A stretch of DNA of 31,324 nt. It comes from Candidatus Hydrogenedentota bacterium. GTDB taxonomy: Bacteria; Hydrogenedentota; Hydrogenedentia; Hydrogenedentales; SLHB01. Of this stretch, positions 9,082 through 17,220 are shown piece after piece (the stretch's first letter is position 1; every line of letters begins with the position of its first letter). The notes under the pieces are model-generated. The model was not told where the DNA came from. It did no database searches and saw only the letters and a list, made by a program, of their open reading frames with translations. The position numbers were made by a program, and so were the translations under genes. The stretch is taken from positions 1 through 31,324 of the forward strand of contig CAXXTH010000004.1 in the NCBI GenBank assembly GCA_963668025.2, given 5' to 3'.

Positions 9082-9792
9082 CAAGTTACTTTGTTTCACG
9101 TCAATAATCAATGTTTTATTGATCTTCTTGAGTCCATTTTCTATCTCTTGTTGGAGTCCATCATTGTTTCCTATAACAAAGACTACTCTCTGAATGTGTT
9201 TCGCTGTGGTCGCAAGGATCTCTAGAACGCCATCTACATGATCGAGTTCTTTGCTGCGCGCAAAAAAATATGGGTCGGTGATTATCAGTTCTTTTTGTGC
9301 AGAGAGCCTGTCAAGATGATCTCTGACAAGTGATCTGAGCAACGATTTCGGTTGTCCGGGGCTTAAGACTTCTTCCATCAATATTGTAGATTCGCAATAA
9401 GGAACGCCATTAGCTTTTATATATTCCAATACTTTTATTCTTTTGTCGGACTCAGAATCCCATAGATTTCCCTGGTCAATCTCAACGTCCACAACATCAG
9501 TTTTTTTTGTTATTTGGTGAAGAATATCTGACAATTCTCTATCATTTGGATATATCAGCTTACATTTTGGGCTTTTAGTCATATTTCTTATCATCTTTCT
9601 AGCTTCCTTATGTCGTGTCTGCCTGCATCATAAATCTCGATATGAAATTCATTTTCAAGTGATAATATCACGTCTTTCTCTTACATAGGCATAAAAATAG
9701 TGGGTAGAACGTCCACGATCATGTACAATTCGAGATGCCACATCTCCCGATCCCGGCATCACTCCTGGAAACCAGAGACCCGAGCCCCGAAC

Positions 9793-11632
9793 TCACTGCG
9801 CCGCAGGCTCCGGTGGCGGAACTGGCTCGGAGAACACGTAGAACGCGGGCCGAAGATTCTCGGGATTTTTCAGGCTTCCAGCGGCTTGAGACGAAAGCTG
9901 AGTGGAAACGAACTCGCAGGTGGAATTGCCTTCGCTATCCATTGCAACCACAAGGCTTTCCACGGGGTCCTCTGGGCTTGCGTTAGATAGTATAGAAGTC
10001 AGATCAAACACAAACCATGCCGAGGACTCTTTGGACGTGCCAACTGGCCGTATAGCCGTGGTGACATCGACTTCGTAGGGCTGGCCAGAGTCTTCCTCGT
10101 TGAGACCAGAGAACTGGCTCAAGTCTTCGCACTTGGGAATGGCGTCCCAGGACGCTTTCAGCGGCAACACCATAGGCTCAGCATGGTCGCTCCCGGATTG
10201 CCCGTACAGGGCAAGCAGGCACCGCTCCCCATTGGACGCCAAACCATTCTGTAGTTGCTTCGGCACCAATAAGAGGCCGCAGTGCCGCCAGTTGCCCCGA
10301 AAAGAAAGAGATTCCGAACTCGCCACGAGCATTTGGTAGGCATACATGCCTTTCACCCGGTTTTTTGAGATCACTCCCTGTCCGGCCTCCGGCACGGGGA
10401 ACACTTCCGGACACGAAGTGTTTTCAGGGAGGGAAGCCATCGCCATCGCGAGTCCTGGTTCACGAAGGGAATCGCATTCCAGCAGCTTGCATACCCGTGG
10501 TTCCAACGCGGTAATCTGCTGCAAGGAGGAACTCAGCGGAACCACAAACGTGTTCTGTTCCGACAAATGGAAGGTATGAGATTGACTGGCTTGGGTAGCA
10601 GACAGGAAGAACTTGTCTGGGAGTTTCTCGAGATAATCGCGGGGGTTGCTGTCGGGCAATCCAGAAGTCAGAACCCTGCCGGCAACCTGCACCGATATAT
10701 CTTGTGCAATAACCTCAAAGACAGCGGGATTCTCCGCCCTTCTGTATACCCGATATTCGTCGCCGAGCGGTCTCCCCCATGCATCCGCCGGAACGCGTTC
10801 CAGATCCTGGATCTCTTCAAGTTCCCACATGCCCGTAGCGCCGAGGAGGAGATTCACATAACGGCTCCATTGACGCCCCATATAATCGTTGGTCCATGAG
10901 GCTACAGCGGTAATGAGCTGGTGGGCGTCGTCTGAAGAAGGAGGCATATCCGCGCGAAGCTCCACCTGGACCGGTTTGTTTTCTGGAACGATAATGGCCT
11001 CCTCTTTCTCACCGGCGAACAGGGTGATTTCAGAATTGATGCTCAGCTTGGTCTCCGGATCGACGAAATTGAGGTAATACTGGCCTGGCCGGATGGGCCC
11101 GAAAACAGCCTTTCCTGATGCATCCAGCGGTGTATTTATCTCTCGGGGCATCTCTTCTCCGTCGAATGCGTGGCCCGACAGGCTGATCTCCTGGCCGGTC
11201 ACGGCAGGGCCATCCGCGGAGCCGCGCCGCACTTCCACCTTCAAGGTGGCTAACGTGGCCTCTTGCGGTTTTTGTTGGGCAAGGAGTGCTTGGAGCGTCT
11301 GATTGGTCGCCTGTATCAGCCGGTATCCGAACACGGCGCATATGGCGACCACCGCCACGCCGACTACGACCACTCCCGTATGGATCCATTCGCGCATGAT
11401 CTGCTCCCTCATCGCGTCCCACCATAACTGCCGGGCCACGCGGTTTGGGTCGCCGAATCGCTCGACGACCCGTTTCCATACCGTTTTTTTCATCCTCGAT
11501 GCCCGTCCGCCGTTCCCGTTCCGCCGCCAAGGCGAGATGGTCGGCCAGTTCGTCGAGGATATCGTTGCGCAGGGTTGCGGGTTCGCGGGTTCGCCGTGGC
11601 AGCACTTCCTCCGCGTCTTCACGCCATGACAT
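9793..11632 (-). pseudogene. PadR-associated membrane-anchored protein (permease-prefix-like N-terminus, one TM, carboxypeptidase-regulatory-like domain, possible DNRLRE-like C-terminus), frameshifted at an A7 run
   Basis: N-terminus MSWRED..DILDELADHL in one frame, VWKRVVERFGDP..VARQLWWDA in another; deleting one T of the T7 run at 11484-11490 fuses them into 612 aa; may be a sequencing error. Confidence 0.7.
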
Positions 11633-11957
11633 GGGCTTGGACCCCGAGCACGCCGTTGATGGCCCCCACGAACTCCTGCCACTCCTCCCGCTTCTCCGCC
11701 AGCGCCTCACCGCCTTTGGCGGTGAGCCGGTAGTATTTCCTTCGCCGTCCCGACTCGAGTTCGACCCAATATGAATCGAGGAGCTTCGCCCGCTCCAACC
11801 GATGCAGGGCGGGATACAAGCTGCCCTCTTTCAGTTCAAAAATTCCCCGAGAACGTTCCAGCGTTTGCTGGGTGATCTCGTATCCATACGTCGGCCCCGT
11901 GCTGATCACTTGCAAGATCAACATTTCAACGGTGCCGCTGAGCAATTTGGAGTCCAT
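11619..11957 (-). CDS. PadR family transcriptional regulator
   Basis: GTVEMLIL, YGYEI, KEGSLYPALHRLE, RRRKYYRLT.KG; ATG at 11957 with purine-rich RBS. Confidence 0.95.
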   Translation of the reverse strand: MDSKLLSGTVEMLILQVISTGPTYGYEITQQTLERSRGIFELKEGSLYPALHRLERAKLLDSYWVELESGRRRKYYRLTAKGGEALAEKREEWQEFVGAINGVLGVQAHVMA

Positions 11958-12012
11958 CTTCCTTCTCCCGAGTGCGTGCCTAGGAGCCCTTTGGCATAGG
12001 CGATTTAGGTGA

Positions 12013-12041
12013 AATGTAGCACCACATCGAATTTTTGTCAA
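12013..12041 (-). promoter_or_regulatory. Sigma70-type promoter of padR
   Basis: TTGACA (12041-12036), 17-nt spacer, extended -10 TGcTACATT. Confidence 0.7.
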
Positions 12042-12053
12042 GGGGTTCTTTTC

Positions 12054-12107
12054 GTAGCATGGCCGTCCCGGCCATGCGCATGGGCGGGACGCCCATGTTA
12101 CGGGATC
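12054..12107 (+). repeat. REP-like palindromic repeat, copy 2
   Basis: GTAGCATGGCCGTCCCGGCCATGCGCATGGGCGGGACGCCCATGTTACGGGATC; just past the stop of the SGNH gene. Confidence 0.85.
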
Positions 12108-12117
12108 GCGCGATGAG

Positions 12118-14085
12118 TTACGGTTTGCCCGCCGCGATGCGCCGGATCTCGGGTTTCGTCAACGTGCGGTCGTAGATGCGGACATCGCGAATGCATCCAT
12201 GGAAAAAGCGAACGTCATTCTCTCCGTTGCTGCCGATGCGGGTGGCGCTGTTGAATGCCACCGGTTCATGCCGGGCAGTGTGGGTGGCGGAACGGAGCAT
12301 GCCGTTCTGGCTGAGATACAATGCAGCCTGGCCGGGGGCGACGGTGAGGGCGGTAAAGCACCATGTTTCGTCGGGAAGAAACAGTCCGGGATGCCAGGTC
12401 CAGTAGAGGCGGTTCCAGATATATCCCAGTTCATGGTTGGGCTTCCATCCGGGGCCGCTTCCCAGGCCGAGGCCGGTCGAGGCGTCCCCATCGACGCAAT
12501 GCACAATGCCCGCATAGATGGGCGGCGCGCCGGTCCGTTTCACCCAGGCGGTGATGGTGAGGTGATTCGAATTCAGATTCAGCGGCGGGATGGATACATA
12601 ATCGTCTTTGCCGTCGAACTGGAGACCCTCGGCGGTCCAGGCGGAGGCGTCCATGTTTTCGAGCTGGCCGTCATGTCCGCCGCCCGATGCATCCACAGCC
12701 ACGACGCCTTCACCCGAATCGAGCTTCCACCACGCCACGGGCGATTGATGGCCCATCCATATCGTGACGGTGGCGGGCTGGCTCTCCTTATGGCCGTCGT
12801 GGAGGGTGTATTGAAACTGGTCTTGCCCCGCGTAGGCCTGCCCGGGGGTATACTGGAACGAGCCATCGGGACGGAGATCGAGCTGTCCGTGCTGGGGAGC
12901 AGCCGCCAAAGACGCTTTTGAGGGTTTCTGATAGTACACGTCGTTGGATAAAACGCCTTGACGCGCGCATACGTCGAGCGGCTGGCCCTGCGTCGTGGCA
13001 TAACCATCGTTCATGCCTACGGGGGCGTTGCCGCCGACCTCGATGAAGACGGGGCATGGAGGACTCTGCTTGCCCTTTGCTTTTGCGCAGTACTGAAACT
13101 GGTCGATGCCGGTGAAGCTGTCTTCCGGCATGTAGCAGAAGCGTCCGTTGGCGTGCAGGGATACGGTTCCATGCTGGGGCTGCCGTGCCAGCGCCGCATC
13201 GAGGCGCTTATCGCTGGGATAGTAGTCATTGGCGAGCACGCCGGTTTCCGTGCTGGTTTCGAGCCGATACTCCTGGACCGTGCGGTAGTGGTCTTCCCGG
13301 GGAATAGGCGTGCCGTCATACAACAGCGCATCCGCCCATCGCCGCGCCATCTTTGCTTCACCCGAGGCGTTGGGATGGACATCGTCGTAGGTGTCTTGAG
13401 CGGCGTCGAAGTCCGTGTATTGGTCCACGATGATGACCTGGGAATCCGTGGTGCGCATGGCTTTGGCGATTTCATCCATGTGTGCGTTGAGCTCGATGAT
13501 GCCCGGATTGAATTCCTCCGCCCATTGGCCGCACAGGGGAATGATCTTCGCCAGGTAAACAGCCACCTTCGGATTCGCCGCCTGGAGCAGCCGGATGATG
13601 GATTCAATGTCACGAATGCTCTTTTCGATGGGAATGGCGTGGAACACATCGTTGGTGCCGATGTGGAGCAGCACGATATCCGGCGTGTATTGTTTCAGCC
13701 ATTCGGGCAGCGCGCCTTTGTCCAAATCCCAGCTACAGCCATGCAGCAGATCATCGGCGGTCCATCCCGCATGCCCCTCGTGGTCGTAGTCAAAGGAATG
13801 GCCCTTGTACTCCGGCCAACTGGGCTGTCCTTCGCCCATGGGCGCGGTCATCGAGCCGATGAAATCGAAGGCCATTCCCGCGTCGAGCAGCCGTTTCCAC
13901 AAAAAGTACCTATATCCAAGCTGGCTGGCGTCGGCCTGGGTGATCGAATCACCCAGCGGCAAGATGCGCACGGGATGCGTATCGTCTTCGGCATAGGCGG
14001 CGCGGAAAACGCCCGCGCCGCTCATGCCGAGAGACAACCCGATGAACAGCAGCAATGTGAACCATTGTCCGGTGGCGCGCCTCAT
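12118..14085 (-). CDS. Secreted SGNH/GDSL hydrolase with two Ig/cadherin-like (tandem-95-type) repeats and a C-terminal LamG-like domain
   Basis: Signal peptide; LGDSIT, HEGHAGW, HIGTND, DDVHPN; two GVL.ND...P.HG...G.F.Y.P...G.D.F.Y repeats; WWKLD..DASG..FDGKDDY..G.IRDVRIYDRTL. Confidence 0.88.
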   Translation of the reverse strand: MRRATGQWFTLLLFIGLSLGMSGAGVFRAAYAEDDTHPVRILPLGDSITQADASQLGYRYFLWKRLLDAGMAFDFIGSMTAPMGEGQPSWPEYKGHSFDYDHEGHAGWTADDLLHGCSWDLDKGALPEWLKQYTPDIVLLHIGTNDVFHAIPIEKSIRDIESIIRLLQAANPKVAVYLAKIIPLCGQWAEEFNPGIIELNAHMDEIAKAMRTTDSQVIIVDQYTDFDAAQDTYDDVHPNASGEAKMARRWADALLYDGTPIPREDHYRTVQEYRLETSTETGVLANDYYPSDKRLDAALARQPQHGTVSLHANGRFCYMPEDSFTGIDQFQYCAKAKGKQSPPCPVFIEVGGNAPVGMNDGYATTQGQPLDVCARQGVLSNDVYYQKPSKASLAAAPQHGQLDLRPDGSFQYTPGQAYAGQDQFQYTLHDGHKESQPATVTIWMGHQSPVAWWKLDSGEGVVAVDASGGGHDGQLENMDASAWTAEGLQFDGKDDYVSIPPLNLNSNHLTITAWVKRTGAPPIYAGIVHCVDGDASTGLGLGSGPGWKPNHELGYIWNRLYWTWHPGLFLPDETWCFTALTVAPGQAALYLSQNGMLRSATHTARHEPVAFNSATRIGSNGENDVRFFHGCIRDVRIYDRTLTKPEIRRIAAGKP

Positions 14086-15605
14086 CTGGAGGCTCCCGGC
14101 TCATGCGCGCCGATGGTGGGTTTGCCCTCTTTCGCAACCGGATTTCCCCAGAAATCGCGCCCGCCGTTATCTTCGATGGGCACGCCCGCGCCGATACAGG
14201 AAGAGCCATGTTTCAAGTGGTATTCCTTGAGCGCGGCGAGGTCCGTGGGTTTGGTGCAACTGGCTTTACCCATCCGCACGAGGCGGGGGGCCGCCCACTG
14301 TCCAACCAACACGCCGTTGACGCGCTCCTGCCCCGTGGCGGCGCTCCAGGCTTCGAGGCTGTCATATCCGTCCACGGAGAATTTGCCGCCATCCAGGAGC
14401 CAGTAGAGATTGCCCTCGAACCGGACCTTAAATGCATCGCCAGAGATCAATCGTTTTGCGCCCACGAGGATGTTGTTGCGGAACACGAATCCGGGCGCTT
14501 GGTCGCCGGTGATGTCAATAGCGGGGCCGAATTTGTTGTATACCGTGTTGTTATACACTTGCGCGTCCGACATGCCTTCCATCCAATTGATGCGGATGCC
14601 GCCGCATTGCTCGTTTTTTAGCCCGTCGTTCTGGCTGATGTTGTAGCGGATGATGTTGTTCTTCCAGACCGGCGACGGCCAGTACATGCACATGAAGTAG
14701 CCTGGGCCAATATTGTTGTATGACAGATTATATTGCATGACCGAGTTGGTCACGCCGCCATCGAGGTCAAAGCCGCCGCCGTCCCAGCTTGGGCTTTTGT
14801 TGTCATGGGAGATGCAGAACTGGATGGTGACGCGGTCGGCGTTCCATGCCCAGATACCCACGGGGCCGTTGCCCTCGCGGGGCATGTCCCAGCCGTTGTT
14901 CATGGCTTCGCAATACTCGATGATGCAGCCGCGCACCGAACCTACGACAATGCCGTTTCCGCTGTGGTTGTCCAGGTTGAGCGGGTCGCCGGGATTGTTT
15001 TCCGCGACGCAGTAGCCGATGTAGACATTCGTGGACCACTGATCGCCCACGCCGATGCCCGCCGCGCCATTGTCATGCGCATACACATGCGTGATGCGCA
15101 TGTCGCGGACGCCCTGTACGGTAACGCCGCACAGACGGAAGCCTTGCGCCTCGACTTGGTCAATCGAGGAGCCGATGCAGTTTTGGATGTCCACGCCGGA
15201 GCCATTGCTGCCTTGCTTGCGTCCCGAGCCTTTGAAGTTTATGTTTTTGACCACGAGACTGTCACAGCCATCGGCTTTCAACCCGGTGTCGTTGCCCGCG
15301 TCAATAGTGGCGCGGCCATCTCCATACGAGGAAATCGTGACCGGGTTGCCTGGCATGCCGGTGTCAAGGCCGTCGAGGCGGATTGCGCCCGGATAGGTGC
15401 ATCCGCCCTCGAATAGAATCTGGTCGCCGGGCTGGAAGTCGGTTTTATTTATTTTTTCGATGGATTTCCAGGGAGTAGAAAACGCGCCCGGCGCGGCGTC
15501 ATCGCCCTTCGGGCTGACATGATAGGTTTCGGACCATGCGGCATGGGTGGCCAGCAATAATGCGGGCAGGAATAACGCGTATCTCGCCATGTCTAGTTTT
15601 TTCAT
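14082..15605 (-). CDS. Secreted right-handed parallel beta-helix protein (polysaccharide lyase/hydrolase-like)
   Basis: Signal peptide; TYHVSPKGDD..PWKSI..PGDQILF, DGGGFDLD, repeated Asn ladders, C-terminal DFWGN..P.IGAHE; ATGA overlap with SGNH gene. Confidence 0.85.
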   Translation of the reverse strand: MKKLDMARYALFLPALLLATHAAWSETYHVSPKGDDAAPGAFSTPWKSIEKINKTDFQPGDQILFEGGCTYPGAIRLDGLDTGMPGNPVTISSYGDGRATIDAGNDTGLKADGCDSLVVKNINFKGSGRKQGSNGSGVDIQNCIGSSIDQVEAQGFRLCGVTVQGVRDMRITHVYAHDNGAAGIGVGDQWSTNVYIGYCVAENNPGDPLNLDNHSGNGIVVGSVRGCIIEYCEAMNNGWDMPREGNGPVGIWAWNADRVTIQFCISHDNKSPSWDGGGFDLDGGVTNSVMQYNLSYNNIGPGYFMCMYWPSPVWKNNIIRYNISQNDGLKNEQCGGIRINWMEGMSDAQVYNNTVYNKFGPAIDITGDQAPGFVFRNNILVGAKRLISGDAFKVRFEGNLYWLLDGGKFSVDGYDSLEAWSAATGQERVNGVLVGQWAAPRLVRMGKASCTKPTDLAALKEYHLKHGSSCIGAGVPIEDNGGRDFWGNPVAKEGKPTIGAHEPGASR

Positions 15606-15783
15606 GAGTTCGATTCCTTTTTAGGGGTGCAGTTCCGTCGTCACCGTTCCATTCATCTTAGCGAGGCATATCCGCAACCCAATCGGAGCCGTTCTTGGGC
15701 GCGCGAGCAAATGCAAAATGCATAGTGAGCTTGCCCCACCGCGTAATAACATCTGTTGTATAACCCCCCATAATCTACCTTGT

Positions 15784-15849
15784 TGTCATTCCCGCGAAAG
15801 CGGGAATCCAGTGAAAATGCCCTGGATCCCCGCTTTCGCGGGGATGACA
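15784..15849. repeat. Palindromic dispersed-repeat element (GTCATTCCCGCGAAAGCGGGAATCCAG type)
   Basis: TGTCATTCCCGCGAAAGCGGGAATCCAG followed by an inverted copy CTGGATCCCCGCTTTCGCGGGGATGACA; each half is itself a hairpin. Confidence 0.85.
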
Positions 15850-15930
15850 GATAAGTGGTTTTGCGTTATTCATTGAGTATATACGCACAATACATTCTTC
15901 CAGGAGCGCTAATAGCAAAACTGCACTTTA

Positions 15931-15973
15931 AGAACTAAAATGCGGCCCCACGGCAAAACATGCCGCAGGGCCG
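15931..15973 (-). terminator. Rho-independent terminator-like hairpin after DUF1559 gene
   Basis: Minus-strand 13-bp stem CGGCCCUGCGGCA/UGCCGUGGGGCCG (two G-U pairs, so strand-specific) followed by CAUUUUAGUU. Confidence 0.65.
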
Positions 15974-15988
15974 GTGGCAGGGAGAATC

Positions 15989-17095
15989 TTATTCGTAGCC
16001 GCCAAAGTACATGTTGTACAGGTGCGGGTAGGTGCCCGCGGGTACTGGCGCAGTGGTGATATCAAGCGATTGGCATGGGAATGCATTGGGATAGCGGCAG
16101 TATTCTACATGTCCATCCATGAACAATGCGTTGGCGCCGCCGGGGATGTGGTTAAAATAGGAGACAACGCCCGTACCGAAGTCACTGTTACTTGAATTCC
16201 AGGCGTCATACATGACGGGGAGCTTGCTTTGCGCCGTCGACCCGCTGGCAGGGTTGTTGATATCCGTGATAAAGAACCGTTCGACGCCTTCACGAAGCCG
16301 ATAATACTGATCCGGCAGTTGTTTTTGATTATCATCGTAGTACCATGCAGCGGCACCTTTCCAGACGCCTTTGCCTAACGCATCTGTAATGGCGGATGTC
16401 ATGTCTACTTCGTTCACGCCGTTTTTATACTGTACTGCGCCAAAATCTTTACAACCGTATTTGTCCAGTGTTCCAGCCGCATAGCTGGCGACAATTTCCT
16501 GATCGGATGCTTTTTCCCATCCACCCCAGCCATACACATCGGTTTTCATGCCCAGCATTGCCAGTAATTGGCTGCATGTGCTCACGGCATAGCCGGTGTA
16601 TATGTAGGAAACTGGAATGGACAGCTTGACATTCACGCAGAGTTTTGCTGCGGTGGTGCTGTCGCCGAGCCCGGCGACACGTTGGATTTCTTCCGGATAA
16701 TCTTCGTTATTAATTAGGCCGCCGCTAGGCCATTTGTCGAATGCGGTCATTTCACTAATCTTGGAGCGGGAATCCGAGGGGCATATGGCAATGCTCGGGT
16801 CATTCCAATAATCCGGATAGAGCGATTCCCCGCTCACTCCGCACATGATTTTTGGAGATGATCCGCCAGCAAGAACCGGGAAGGTCGTAGTTCCCGGCGG
16901 GAGCGAACCGCCTCTGTTCTCGTTGCTGTACATCTTGCAAATGATACCCCATTGCTTGAGGTTGCTCGAACAAGAAGCCCGGCGGGCGGCTTCGCGTGCG
17001 CGAGCCAGCGCTGGCAGCAAGATCGCCGCCAAGATGGCGATGATGGCGATCACCACCAGCAGTTCGATGAGGGTGAAACCGGTTGACTTTCGCAT
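15989..17095 (-). CDS. DUF1559-family prepilin-type N-terminal cleavage/methylation protein with H-X9-DG motif
   Basis: [39 protein letters not shown]; CPSD; C-terminal [15 protein letters not shown]; AGGAG RBS. Confidence 0.93.
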   Translation of the reverse strand: MRKSTGFTLIELLVVIAIIAILAAILLPALARAREAARRASCSSNLKQWGIICKMYSNENRGGSLPPGTTTFPVLAGGSSPKIMCGVSGESLYPDYWNDPSIAICPSDSRSKISEMTAFDKWPSGGLINNEDYPEEIQRVAGLGDSTTAAKLCVNVKLSIPVSYIYTGYAVSTCSQLLAMLGMKTDVYGWGGWEKASDQEIVASYAAGTLDKYGCKDFGAVQYKNGVNEVDMTSAITDALGKGVWKGAAAWYYDDNQKQLPDQYYRLREGVERFFITDINNPASGSTAQSKLPVMYDAWNSSNSDFGTGVVSYFNHIPGGANALFMDGHVEYCRYPNAFPCQSLDITTAPVPAGTYPHLYNMYFGGYE

Positions 17096-17220
17096 GGTAG
17101 ATTCTCCTTAGATAGAGTTGCCCAAACCTGAAGAGTGAAAATGTTGAGTGCGAATTAAGGCATCGATTCAACTGTCAGCCATTCCCAAGCATGGCTGTGT
17201 ATTTCATGAGGACATGTGTC

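Larger units (their letters stand above)
7527..9594 (-). pseudogene. AT-rich PLD-like domain protein (229 aa when reconstructed) interrupted by an IS
   Basis: Joining 9594-9082 to 7703-7527 gives one intact 690-nt frame: ...IITDPYFF...IDVKQSNL|FHDRFWIVDRKKGLVIGTSMNGIGNK...*. Confidence 0.85.

Noticed and set aside
7708-9594. 628-aa minus-strand ORF running from the AT-rich gene through the whole IS
   Set aside because: Chimera of the broken gene's 5' half and the stop-poor antisense of a GC-rich transposase; IS plus duplication is 1378 nt, not a multiple of 3, so it does not rejoin the 3' half
9793-11682. 629-aa ORF as called in the track
   Set aside because: Its first 60 or so residues are off-frame and overlap padR; the real N-terminus starts at 11632 in another frame
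12958-14406. Long antisense ORFs (also 17977-19347, 24374-25687, 2009-2926)
   Set aside because: They lie opposite well-supported genes, carry no motifs and are expected at this GC content
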